A DNA stretch of 64,000 nucleotides from the human T2T-CHM13v2.0 reference genome, Homo sapiens, in NCBI RefSeq assembly GCF_009914755.1, contig NC_060933.1, one strand, 5' to 3'. The position numbers and the translations under genes are program-made. A model generated the notes under the pieces. It was not told the origin of the DNA. It worked only from the letters and a program-made list of their open reading frames with translations, and did not search any database. This document shows, piece by piece, positions 1-14,790 of this stretch (position 1 is the first letter of the stretch; each line of letters opens with the position of its first letter).

Positions 1-1186
1 TCCATTCCATTCCTTTCCATTCCATTACATTCCATTCCATTCCATTCCATTGTACTCGGGTTGATTCCATTCCATTCCATTCCATTCCATTCCATTCCAT
101 TCCATTCCATTCCGTTGCATTCCATTCCATTACATTCGGATTGATTCTATTCAACTCCGTTACTCTCCATTACATTCCATTCCATACGGGTTGTTCCATT
201 CCATTCCATTCCATTCCACTCCATTCCATTGCACTCGGGTTTATTCCATTCCATTCCATTCCATTCCATTCCAATCCATGCCATTCCACTCGTGTTGATT
301 CCATTCTTTCCATTCCATTCAAGTTGAATCCATTCCATTGCATTCCATTCCATTCCATTCCCCTTCAGTGGGGTTGATTCCATTCCATTCCATTCCATTC
401 CATTCCCCTGCACTCGGTTTGATTCCATTCCATTCCACTCCATTCCATTCCATTCCATTCCGTTGTATTCGGGTTAATTCCATTCCATTCCATTCCATTC
501 CATTCCATTCCAATACATTACAATCGAGTTGATTCCATTCCATTCCATTCCATTCCATTCCATTCCATTCCATTCCAGTCCTTTCCATTCCATTCCACTC
601 GGGTTGATTCCATTCTATTAGTTTCCATTCCATTCCATTCCCTTCCATTCCACTCTGGTTGATTCCATTCCTTTCCATTCCACTCGAATACATTCCTTCC
701 TATTCCACTCGGAACGATTCCATTCCATTCCATTCCATTCCATTCCATTTCGTTCCATTCCATTCTATTCCGTATCATTCCATTCCATTCCATTCCATTC
801 CATTCCATTCCATTCCATTGCGCTCAGGTTGATTCCATTCCATTCCATTCCATTCCATTCCATTCCATTCCATTCCATTCCATTCCGGATGATTCCATTC
901 CATTGCATTCCGTTCCATTACATTCCCCTGCACTCACGTTGATTCCATTCCATTCCATTCAATTCCATTCCATTACAATTCGTTACATTCCATTCTGTTC
1001 CATACCATTCCATTCCATTCCATACCATTCCATTCCATTCCGTTCCATTCCGTTCCATTGCATTCCATTCCATTGTATTCGGGTTAATTCCATTCCATTC
1101 CATTCCATTCCATTCTATTCCATTCCATTGCAATCGAGTTGAATCCATTGCATTCCATTCCATTCCATTCCATTCCATTCCATTCC

Positions 1187-1201
1187 ATTCCGGAAGATTC
1201 C
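1187..1201. promoter_or_regulatory. Perfect heat-shock element (nTTCn-nGAAn-nTTCn); first of ~37 copies
   Basis: aTTCc gGAAg aTTCc matches the canonical HSF1 site of three alternating nGAAn pentamers. Motif match only; binding is not shown. Confidence 0.6.
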
Positions 1202-4200
1202 ATTCCATTGCATTCCATTCCATTCCATTCCCCTGCACTCGCGTTGATTCCATTCCATTCCATTCCGTTCCGTTCCATTCCATTCCATTCCATTCCATTC
1301 CATTCCATTCCGTTCCTTTCCATTCCATTCCATTCCATTCTATTCGGGTTAATTCCATTCCATTCCATTTTATTGCAAGCGAGTTGAATCCATTCCATTG
1401 CATTCCATTCCATTCGATTCCATTCGATTGCACTCGGGTTGATTCCTTTCCATTGCATTCCATTCCATTCCATTCCATTCCATTCCATTCCATTCCATTC
1501 CGTTCCATTCCTTTCCATTATATTCGGATTGATTCTATTCAATTCCCTTACACTCCATTACATTCCATTCCATTCGGGTAGTTTCCACTCCATTCCATTC
1601 CATTCCTCTCCATTCCATTGCACTCGGGTTGATTCCATTCCATTGCATTCCATTCCATTCCATTCAATTCCATTCCTTTCCATTCCATTCCATTACATTC
1701 GGATTGATTCTATTCAACTCCCTTACTCTCCATTACATTCGATTCCATTCGGGTTGTTCCATTCCATTCCATTCCATTCCACTCCATTCCATTGCACTCG
1801 GGTTGATTCCATTCCATTCCATTCCATTCCATTCCGGAAGATTCCATTCCATTGCATTGCATTCCATTCCATTCCCCTGCACTCGCGTTGATTCCATTCC
1901 ATTCCATTCCATTCCATTCCATTCCGTTCCGTTCCGTTCCATTCCATTCCATTCCATTCCGTTCCGTTCCGTTCCATTCCATTCCATTCCATTCTATTTG
2001 GGTTAATTCCATTCCATTCCATTCTATTGCAATCGTGTTGATTCCATTCCATTCCATTCAATTCCATTCCATTCCATTCCATTCCTTTCCATTCCATTAC
2101 GGATGGTTCCATTCCATTGCATTCCATTCCATTCCATTCCACTGTACTCGGGTTGATTCCATTCCATTGCATTCCAATCCATGCCATTCCACTCGTGTTG
2201 ATTCCATTCTTTCCATTCCATTCAAGTTGAATCCATTCCATTGCATTCCATTCCATTCCATTCCCCTGCAGTCGGGTTGATTCCATTCCATTCCATTCCA
2301 TTCCATTCCATTCCAATCAAGTTGATTCCATTCCATTCCATTCCATTGCATTCCATTCCATTCTACTCCATTCCAGTCCTTTCCATTCCATTCCACTCGG
2401 GTTGATTCCAATGTATTCCTTTCCATTCCATTCCATTCCATTGCAATCGAGTTGATTCCATTGCTTTGCATTCCATTCCATTCGATTCCATTACGGATGA
2501 TTCCATTCCGGATGATTCCATTCCATTGCATTCCATTCCATTCCATTCCCCTGCACTCGGGTTGATTCCACTCCATTCCACTCCATTCCATTCCATTCCA
2601 TTCCATTCCATTCCATTGTATTCGGGTTAATTCCATTCCATTCCATTCCATTCCATTCCATTCCATGCCATTCCATTACAATCCAGTTGATTCCATTCCA
2701 TTCCATTCCATTCCAGTCCTTTCCATTCCATTCCACTCGGGTTGATTCCATTCTATTAGTTTCCATTCCATTCCATTCCCTTCCATTGTATTCGGGTTAA
2801 TTCCATTCCATTCCATTCCATTCCATTCCATTACAAACGAGTTGATTCCATTCCATTCCATTCCATTCCAGTCATTTCCATTCCATTCCACTCGGGTTGA
2901 TTCCATTCTATTAGTTTCCATTCCATTCCATTCCCTTCCATTCCACTCTGGTTGATTCCATTCCTTTCCATTCCACTCGAATACATTCCCTCCTATTCCA
3001 CTCGGAACGATTCCATTCCATTCCATTCCATTCCATTCCATTCCATTCCATTCCATTCCATTCCGTTCCGTTCCATTCCATTCCATTCCATTCCATTCTA
3101 TTCGGGTTAATTCCATTCCATTCCATTCGATTGCAATAGAGTTGATTCCATTCCATTCCATTCCATTCCTTTCCATTACATTACGGAGGATTCCATTCCA
3201 TTTCATTCCATTCCATTCCATTCCCCTGTACTCGGGTTGATTCCATTCCATTCCATTCCAATCCATGCCATTCCACTCGTGTTGATTCCATTCTTTCCAT
3301 TCCATTCAAGTTGAATCCATTCCATTGCATTCCATTCCATTCGATTCCATTCGATTGCACTCGGGTTGATTCCATGGCATTGCATTCCATTCCATTCCAT
3401 TCCATTCCATTCCATTCCTTTCCATTCCATTCCATTCGGATTCATTCTATTCAATTCCCTTACACTCCATTACATTCCATTCGATTCGTGTAGTTTCCAT
3501 TCCATTCCATTCCATTCCTCTCCATTCCATTGCACTCGGGTTGATTCCATTCCATTCCATTCCATTCCATTCCATTCCATTCCATTCCATTCCATTCCGG
3601 ATGATTCCATTCCATTGAATTCCATTCCATTCCATTCCCCTGCACTTGGGTTGATTTCATTCCATTCCATTCCATTCCTTTCTGTTCCATTCAATTCCAT
3701 TCTATTCCATTCTATTCGTGTTAATTCCATTCCATTCTATTCCATTCCATTCCATTGCAATCGAGATGATTCCATTGTTTTGCATTCCATTCCATTCCAT
3801 TCCATTCCGGATGATTCCATTCCATTGCATTCCATTCCATTCCATTCCCCTGCACTCGGATTGATTCCATTCCATTCCACTCCATTCCATTCCATTCCAT
3901 TCCATTCCATTGTATTCGGGTTAATTCCATTCCATTCCATTCCATTCCATTCCATTCCATTCCATTACAATCGAGTTGATTCCATTCCATTCCATTCCAT
4001 TCCATTCCATTCCATTCCATTCCATTCCATTCCATTTCGTTCCATTCCATTCTATTCCGTATCATTCCATTCCATTCCATGCCATTCCATTCCTTTCCAT
4101 TCCATTGTACTCGGGTTGATTCCATTCCATTGCATTCCATTCCATTCCATTCCATTCCATTCCATTCCGTTGCATTCCATTCCATTACATTCGGATTGAT

Positions 4201-4639
4201 TCTATTCAACTCCCTTACTCTCCATTACATTCCATTCCATTCGGGTTGTTCCATTCCATTCCATTCCATTCCACTCCATTCCATTGCACTCGGGTTGATT
4301 CCATTACATTCCATTCCATTCCATTCCATTCCATTCCGGATGATTCCATTCCATTGCATTCCGTTCCATTACATTCCCCTGCACTCGCGTTGATTCCATT
4401 CCATTCCATTCCATTCCATTCAATTCCATTCCATTACAATTCGTTCCATTCCATTCTATTCCGTACCATTCCATTCCATTCCATACCATTCCATTCCATT
4501 CCATTCCGTTCCATTCCGTTGCATTCCATTCCATTCCATTCTATTTGGATTAATTCCATTCCATTCCATTCCATTCCATTCTATTCCATTCCATTGCAAT
4601 CGAGTTGAATCCATTGCATTTCATTCCATTCCATTCCAT

Positions 4640-7600
4640 TCCATTCCGGAAGTTTCCATTCCATTGCATTCCATTCCATTCGATTCCCCTGCACTCGCGT
4701 TGATTCCATTCCATTCCATTCCATTCCATTCCGTTCCGTTCCATTCCATTCCATTCCATTCCGTTCCGTTCCATTCCATTCCATTCCATTGTATTCGGGT
4801 TAATTCCATTCCATTCCATTCGATTGCAATCGAGTTGATTCCATTCCATTCCATTCCATTCCATTCCATTCCATTCCATTCCATTCCTTTCCATTCCATT
4901 ACGGATGATTCCATTCCATGGTATTCCATTCCATTCCATTCCCCTGTACTCGGGTTGATTCCATTCCATTCCATTCCAATCCATGCCATTCCACTCGTGT
5001 TGATTCCATTCTTTCCATTCCATTCAAGTTGAATCCATTCCATTGCATTCCATTCCATTCCATTCCATTCGATTGCACTCGGGTTGATTCCATTCCATTG
5101 CATTCCATTCCATTCCATTCCATTCCATTCCATTCCATTCCATTCCATTCCGTTCCATTCCATTCCATTACATTCGGATTGATTCTATTCAATTCCCTTA
5201 TACTCCATTACATTCCATTCCATTCGGGTAGTTTCCATTCCATTCCATTCCATTCCTCTCCATTCCATTGCACTCGGGTTGATTCCATTCCATTGCATTC
5301 CATTCCATTCCATTCTATTCCATTCCGTTCCATTCCATTCCATTACATTCGGATTGATTCTATTCAACTCCCTTACTCTCCATTACATTCCATTCCATTC
5401 GGGTTTTTCCATTCCATTCCATTCCATTCCACTCCATTCCATTGCACTAGGGTTGATTCCATTCCATTCCATTCCATTCCATTCCATTCCATTCCATTCC
5501 GGAAGATTCCATTCCATTGCATTCCATTCCATTCCATTCCCCTGCACTCGCGTTGATTCCATTCCATTCCATTCTATTCCATTCCATTCCCTTCCTTTCC
5601 GTTCCATTCCATTCCATTCCATTCCTTTCCATTCCGTTCCGTTCCATTCCATTCCATTCCATTCAATTCGGGTTAATTCCATTCCATTCCATTCGATTGC
5701 AATCGAGTTGATTCCATTGCATTCCATTCCATTCCATTCCATTCCATTCCATTCCATTCCTTTCCATTCCATTACGGATGATTCCATTCCATTGCATTCC
5801 ATTCCATTCCATTCCCCTGTACTCGGGTTGATTCCATTCCTTTCCATTACAATCCATGCCATTCCACTCGTGTTGATTCCATTCTTTCCATTCCATTCAA
5901 GTTGAATCCATTCCATTGCATTCCATTCCATTCGATTCCATTCGATTGCACTCGGGTTGATTCCATTCCATTGCATTCCTTTCCATTCCATTCCATTCCG
6001 TTTCATTCCATTACATTCGGATTGATTCTATTCAATTCCCTTACACTCCATTACATTCCATTCCATTCGGGTAGTTTCCATTCCATTCCATTCCATTCCT
6101 CTCCATTCCGTTGAACTCGGGTTGATTCCATTCCATGCATTCCATTCCATTCCATTCAATTCCATTCCGTTCCATTCCATTCCATTACATTCGGATTGAT
6201 TCTATTCAACTCCCTTACTCTCCATTACATTCCATTCCATTCGGGTTGTTCCATTCCATTCCATTCCATTCCACTCCATTCCATTGCACTCGGGTTGATT
6301 CCATTCCATTCCATTCCATTCCATTCCATTCCGGAAGATTCCATTCCATTGCATTCCATTCCATTCCATTCCCCTGCACTCGCGTTGATTCCTTTCCATT
6401 CCATTCCATTCCATTCCATTCCGTTCCGTTCCGTTCCGTTCCATTCCATTCCATTCCGTTCCATTCCATTCCGTTCTGTTCCATTCCATTCCACTCCATT
6501 CTATTTGGGTTAATTCCATTCCATTCCATTCGATTGCAATCGAGTTGATTCCATTCCTTTCCATTCCATTCCATTCCATTCCATTCCATTCCTTTCCATT
6601 CCATTACGGATGATTCCATTCCATTGCATTCCATTCCATTCCATTCCCCTGTACTCGGGTTGAATCCATTCCATTCCATTCCAATCCATGCCATTCCACT
6701 CGTGTTGATTCCATTCTTTCCATTCCATTCAAGATGAATCCATTCCATTGCATTGCATTCCATTCGATTCCATTCGATTGCACTCGGGTTGATTCCATTC
6801 CATTCCATTCCATTCCATTCCATTCCTTTCCATTCCATTCCATTACATTCGGATTGATTCTATTCAATTCCCTTACACTCCATTACATTCCATTCCATTC
6901 GGGTAGTTTCCTTTCCATTCCATTCCATTCCTCTCCATTCCATTGCACTCGGGTTGATTCCATTCCATTGCATTCCATTCCATTCCATTCAATTCCATTC
7001 CGTTCCATTCCATTCCATTACATTCGGAATGATTCTATTCAACTCCTTTACTCTCCATTACATTCCATTCCATTCGGGTTGTTCCATTCCATTCCATTCC
7101 ATTCCACTCCATTCCATTGCACTCGGGTTGATTCCATTCCATTCCATTCCATTCCATTCCGGAAGATTCCATTCCATTGCATTCCATTCCATTCCATTCC
7201 CCTGCACTCGCGTTGATTCCATTCCATTCCATTCCATTCCATTCCGTTCCATTCCATTCCTTTCCGTTCCATTCCATTCCATTCCATTCCATTCCATTCC
7301 GTTCCGTTCCGTTCCATTCCATTCCATTCCATTCTATTTGGGTTAATTCCATTCCATTCCATTCCATTGCAATCGAGTTGATTCCATTCCATTCCATTCC
7401 ATTCCATTCCATTACATTCCTTTCCATTCCATTACGGATGATTCCATTCCATTGCATTCCATTCCATTCCATTCCCCTGTACTCGGGTTGATTCCATTCC
7501 ATTCCATTCCAATCCATGCCATTCTACTCGTGTTGATTCCATTCTTTCCATTCCATTCAAGTTGAATCCATTCCATTGCATTCCATTCCATTCCATTCCC
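4640..7600 (+). repeat. Tandem run of ~830-850-bp HSat3 units (about 3.5 copies)
   Basis: The ttccggaag landmark occurs at 4643, 5496, 6328 and 7156 with the same ordered module series between occurrences. Confidence 0.82.
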
Positions 7601-10600
7601 CTGCAGTCGGGTTGATTCCATTCCATTCCATTCCATTCCATTCCAATCCATTCCGTTCCGTTCCATTTAATTCCATTCCATTCTATTCGGGTTAATTCCA
7701 TTCCATTCCATTCCATTCCATTCCATTCCATTCCATTGCAATCAGTTGATTCCATTGCATTCCATTCCATTCCATTCCATTCCATTCCATTCCATTCCTT
7801 TCCGTTCCGTTCCGTTCCTTTCCATTCCATTCCATTCCATTCTATTCGGGTTAATTCCATTCCATTCCATTCGATTGCAATAGAGTTGATTCCATTCCAT
7901 TCCATTCCATTCCATTCCTTTCCATTACATTACGGATGATTCCATTCCATTTCATTCCATTCCATTCCATTCCCCTGTACTCGGGTTGATTCCATTCCAT
8001 TCCATTCCAATCCATGCCATTCCACTCGTGTTGATTCCATTCTTTCCATTCCATTCAAGTTGAATCCATTCCATTGCATTCCATTCCATTCGATTCCATT
8101 CGATTGCACTCGGGTTGATTCCATGGCATTGCATTCCATTCCATTCCATTCCATTCCATTCCATTCCATTCCTTTCCATTCCATTCCATTCGGATTCATT
8201 CTATTCAATTCCCTTACACTCCATTACATTCCATTCGATTCGTGTAGTTTCCATTCCATTCCATTCCATTCCTCTCCATTCCATTGCAATCGGGTTGATT
8301 CCATTCCATTCCATTCCATTCCATTCCATTCCATTCCGGATGATTCCATTCCATTGAATTCCATTCCATTCCATTCCCCTGCACTTGGGTTGATTCCATT
8401 CCATTCCAATCCATTCCTTTCTGTTCCATTCAATTCCATTCCTTTCCATTCTATTCGTGTTAATTCCATTCCATTCTATTCCATTCCATTTCCATTGAAA
8501 TCGAGTTGATTCCATTCCATTCCATTCCATTCCATTCCATTCCGGATGATTCCATTCCATTGCATTCCATTCCATTCCATTCCCCTGCACTCGGGTTGAT
8601 TCCATTCCATTCCATTCCATTCCATTCCATTCCATTCCATTCCATTCCGTTCCATTTCATTCTATTCGGGTTAATTCCATTCCATTCCATTCCACTCCAT
8701 TCCAGTCCTTTCCATTCCATTCCACTCGGGTTGATTCCATTCTATTCCTTTCAATTCCATTCCATTCCATTGCAATCGAGTTGATTCCATTCGAGTTGAA
8801 TCCATTCCATTCCATTCCATTCCATTCCATTGCACACGGGTTCATTCCATTCCATTCCATTCCATTCCATTCTATTCCATTTCATTCCATTCCATTCTAT
8901 TCCGTAGCATTCCATTCCATCCCATTCCATTCCGTTCCATTCCTTGCCATTACACTCGGTTTGATTCCATTCCTTTCCATTCCATTCTTGTTGAATCCAT
9001 TCCATTCCATTCCATTCCATTCGAATCCATTCCATTGCAATCAGGTTGATTCCATTCCATTCCATTCCATTCCATTTCATTCCATTCCATTCCATTACAT
9101 TCGGATTGATTCTATTCAATTCCCTTACACTCCATTTCATTCCATTCCATTCGGGATGTTTCCATTCCATTCCATTCCATTCCACTCCATTCCATTGCAT
9201 CAGGTTGATTGCATTCCATTCCATTCCATTCCATTCCGGATGATTCCATTCCATTGCATTCCATTCCATTCCATTCCCATGCACTCGGGTTGATTCCATT
9301 CCATTCCATTCCATTCCATTCCATTCCATTTCATTCCGTTCCATTCCATTCCATTCCATTCTATTCCGGTTAATTCCACTCCATTCCGTTCGATTCCATT
9401 CCATTCCATTGCAATCGAGTTGATTCCATTCCATTCCATTCCATTCCGTTCCGGATGATTCCATTCCATTCCATTCCATTCCATTCCATTCCATTCCCCT
9501 GCAGTCGGGTAGATTCCATTCCATTCCATTCCATTCCATTCCATTCCATTCCATTCTATTCCATTCCATTCCATTCCATTCTATTCGGGTTAATTCCATT
9601 CCATTCCATTCCATTCCATTCCATTCCATTACAATCGAGTTGAATCCATTCCATTCCATTCCATTCCATTCCACTCCATTCCAGTCCTTTCCATTCCATT
9701 ACAATCGAGTTGAATCCATTCCATACCATTCCATTCCATTCCACTCCATTCCAGTCCTTTCCATTCCATTACACTCGGGTTGATTCCATTCTATTCCTTT
9801 CCATTCCATTCCATTCCATTGCAATCGAGTTGATTCCATTCCTTTGCATTCCATTCCATTCCATTCCATTCCGGATGATTCCATTCCATTCCATTCCATT
9901 CCATTCCATTCCCCTGCACTCGGGTTGATTCCATTCCATTCCACTCCATTCCGTTCCATTCCATTCCATTCCATTGTATTCGGGTTAATTCCATTCCATT
10001 CCATTCCATTCCATTCCATTCCATTCCATTCCATTATAATCGAGTTGATTCCATTCCATTCCATTCCATTCCATTCCATTCCAGTCCTTTCCATTCCATT
10101 CCACTCGGGTTGATTCCATTCTATTAGTTTCCATTCCATTCCATTCCCTTCCATTCCACTCTGGTTGATTCCATTCCTTTCCATTCCACTCGAATACATT
10201 CCATCCTATTCCACTCGGAACGATTCCATTCCATTCCATTCCATTCCATTCCATTCCAGTTCGTTCCATTCCATTCTATTCCGTACCATTCCATTCCATT
10301 CCATTCCTTTCCATTACATTCCTTTCCACTCGTGTTGATTCCATTCCTTTCCATTCCATTCGGTTTGAAGGTATTCCATTCCATTCAATTCCATTCCTTT
10401 CCATTCCATTCCATTCCATTCTATTCCATTCCATTGCAATCGAGTTGAATCCATTGCATTCATTCCATTCCATTCCATTGCATTCCATTCCGGAAGATTC
10501 CATTCGAATGCATTCCATTCCATTCCATTCCCCTGCACTCGCTTTGATTCCATTCCATTCCATTCCGTTCCATTCCGTTCCGTTCCATTCCATTCCATTC

Positions 10601-13600
10601 CATTCCATTCCATTCGGTTCCGTTCCATTCCATTCCATTCCATTCTATTCGGGTTAATTCCATTCCATTCCATTCGATTGCCATCGAGTTGATTCCATTC
10701 CATTCCATTCCATTCCGGATGATTCCATTCCATTTCATTAAATTCCATTCCATTCCCCTGCACTCGTGTTGATTCCATTTCCTTCCATTCCATTCCATTC
10801 CGTTCCATTCCATTCCATTCCATTCTATTCCGGTTAATTCCATTCCATTCCATTCCATTCCATTCCATTCCATTGCAATCGAGTTGATTCCATTCCATTC
10901 CTTTCCATTCCATTCCATTGCCTTGCATTCCACTCGGGTTGATTCCATTCCCTTCTTTCCACTCCATTACATTCCCTTCCATTCCACTCGGAATGATTGA
11001 TTCCATTCCATTCCATTCCATTTCATTCCATTGCGATCCATTCCAATCCATTCCATTCCATTCCATTCCACTCGAGTTGACTTCATTCCATTCCTTTCCA
11101 TTCCATTCCATTCCTTTCCACTCGAGTTGATTCCATTCCATTCCATTCCATTGCATTCCATTCCATGCCATTCCACTCGGGTTGATTCCATTCCTTTGCA
11201 TTCCATTCCATTCCATTCCATTCCATTCCATTCCATTCCATTCCATTCCGTTGCATTCCATTCCATTACATTCGGATTGATTCTATTCAACTCCCTAACT
11301 CTCCATTACATTCCATTCCATTCGGGTTGTTCCATTCCATTCCATTCCTTTCCACTCCATTCCATTGCACTCGGGTTGATTCCATTCCATTCCATTCCAT
11401 TCCATTCCATTCCGGATGATTCCATTCCATTGCATTCCGTTCCATTACATTCCCCTGCACTCGCGTTGATTCCATTCCATTCCACTACATTCCATTCAAT
11501 TCCATTCCATTACAATTCGTTCCATTCCATTCTATTCCGTACCATTCTATTCCATTCCATACCATTCCATTCCATTCCATTCCATTCCATTCCATTCCAT
11601 TCCGTTCCATTCCGTTCCATTCCGTTCCATTCTATTCGGGTTAATTCCATTCCATTCCATTCCATTCCATTCTATTCCATTCCATTGCAATCGAGTTGAA
11701 TCCATTGCATTTCATTCCATTCCATTCCATTCCATTCCATTCCATTCCATTCCGGAAGATTCCATTCCATTGCATTCCATTCCATTCCATTCCCCTGCAC
11801 TCGCGTAGATTCCATTCCATTCCATTCCATTCCATTGCATTCCATTCCATTCCATTCCGTTCCGTACCGTTCCATTCCATTCCATTCCATTCCATTCCAT
11901 TCCGTTCCGTTCCATTCCATTCCATTCCATTCTATTCGGGTTAATTCCATTCCATTCCATTCGATTGCAATCGTGTTGATTCCATTCCATTCCATTCCAT
12001 TCCATTTCCATTCCATTCCATTCCTTTCCATTCCATTACGGATGATTCCATTCCATTGCATTCCATTCCATTCCATTCCCCTGTACTCGGGTTGATTCCA
12101 TTCCATTGCATTGCAATCCATGCCCTTCCACTCGTGTTGATTCCATTCTTTCCATTCCATTCAAGTTGAATCCATTCCATTGCATTCCATTCCATTCGAT
12201 TCCATTCGATTGCACTCGGGTTGATTCCATTCCATTGCATTCCATTCCATTCCATTCCATTCCATTCCATTCCGTTCCGTTCCGTTCCGTTCCATTCCAT
12301 TCCATTCCATTCCATTCCATTCTATTCGGGTTAATTCCATTCCATTCCATTCCATTCCATTCCAATCGAGTTGATTCCATTCCATTGCATTCCATTCCAT
12401 TCCACTCCATTCCAGTCCTTTCCATTCCATTCCACTCGGGTTGATTCCAATGTATTCCTTTCCATTCCATTCCATTCCATGGCAATCGAGTTGATTCCAT
12501 TGCTTTGCATTCCATTCCATTCCATTCCATTCCGGATGATTCCATTCCATTTCATTCCATTCCATTGCATTCCCCTGCACTCGGGTTGATTCCATTCCAT
12601 TCCACTCCATTCCGTTCCATTCCATTCCATTCCATTTTATTCGGGTTAATTCCATTCCATTCCATTCCATTCCATTCCATTCCATCACAATCGGTTTGGT
12701 TCCATTCCATTCCATTCCATTCCATTCCATTCCATTCCATTCCGGATGATTCCATTCCATTACATTCCGTTCCATTACATTCCCCTGCACTCGGGTTGAT
12801 TCCATTCCATTCCATTCCATTCCATTCGATTCCATTCCATTCCATTCCATTCCATTCCGTTCCGTTCCGTTCCGTTGCATTCCATTCCATTCCATTCCGT
12901 TCCGTTCCGTTCTGTTCCATTCCATTCCATTCTATTCGGGTTAATTCCATTCCATTCCATTCGATTGCAATCGAGTTGATTCCATTCCATTCCATTCCAT
13001 TCCTTTCCATTCCATTACGGATGATTCCATTCCACTGCATTACATTCCATTCCATTCCCCTGTACTCGGGTTGATTCCATTCCATTCCATTCCATTCCAT
13101 TCTATTCCATTCCATTCCATTCCATTCCGGAAGATTCCTTTCCATTGCATTCCATTCCATTCCTTTCCCCTGCACTCGCGTTGATTCCATTCCATTCCAT
13201 TCCATTCCATTCCATTCCATTCCGATCCTTTCCATTCCATTCCATTCCATTCCATTCCATTCCGTTCCGTTCCATTCCATTCCATTCCATTCCATTCTAT
13301 TCGGGTTAATTCCATTCCATTCCATTCGATTGCAATAGAGTTGATTCCATTCCATTCCATTCCAATCCATGCCATTCCACTCGTGTTGATTCCATTCTTT
13401 CCATTCCATTCAAGTTGAATCCATTCCATTGCATTCCATTCCATTCGATTCCATTCGATTGCACTCGGGTTGATTCCATGGCATTGCATTCCATTCCATT
13501 CCATTCCATTCCATTCCTTTCCATTCCATTCCATTCCATTCCATTCGGACTCATTCTATTCAATTCCCTTACACTCCATTACATTCCATTCCATTCGTGC

Positions 13601-14790
13601 AGTTTCCATTCCATTCCATTCCATTCCTCTCCATTCCATTGCACTCGGGTTGATTCCATTCCTTTCCATTCCATTCCATTCCATTCCATTCCATTCCATT
13701 CCATTCCATTCCATTCCGGATGATTCCATTCCATTGAATTCCATTGCATTGCATTCCCCTGCACTTGGGTTGATTCCATTCCATTCCATTCCATTCCTTT
13801 CTTTTCCATTCCATTCCATTCCATTCCATTCTTTCGTGTTAATTCCATTCCATTCTATTCCATTCCATTCCATTGAAATCGAGTTGATTCCATTCCATTC
13901 CATTCCATTCCATTCCAATCCATTCCATTCCGGATGATTCCATTCCATTGCATTCCATTCCATTCGATTCCCCTGCACTCGGGTTGATTCCATTCCATTC
14001 CATTCCATTCCATTCCATTCCATTCCGTTCCATTTCATTCTATTCGGGTTAATTCCATTCCATTCCATTCCACTCCATTCCAGTCCTTTCCATTCCATTC
14101 CACTCGGGTTGATTCCATTCTATTCCTTTCAATTCCATTCCATTCCATTGCAATCGAGTTGATTCCATTCGAGTTGAATCCATTCCATTCCATTCCATTC
14201 CATTCCATTGCACACGGGTTCATTCCATTCCATTCCATTCTATTCCATTTCATTCCATTCCATTCTATTCCGTACCATTCCATTCCATCCCATTCAATTC
14301 CGTTCCATTCCATGCCATTACACTCGGGTTGATTCCATTCTTTTCCATTCCATTCTTGTTGAATCCATTCCATTCCATTCCATTCCATTCGAATCCATTC
14401 CATTGCACTCGGGTTGATTCCATTCCATTCCATTCCATTCCATTCCATTTCATTCCATTCCATTCCATTACATTCGGATTGATTCTATTCAATTCCCTTA
14501 CACTCCATTACATTCCATTCCATTCGGGATGTTTCCATTCCATTCCATTCCATTCCACTCCATTCCATTGCATCAGGTTGATTGCATTCCATTCCATTCC
14601 ATTCCATTCCGGATGATTCCATTCCATTGCATTCCATTCCATTCCATTCCCCTGCACTCGGGTTGATTCCATTCCATTCCATTCCGTTCCATTCCATTCC
14701 ATTCCGTTCCATTCCATTCCATTCCATTCTATTCCGGTTAATTCCATTCCATTCCATTCGATTCCATTCCATTCCATTCCATTCCATTCC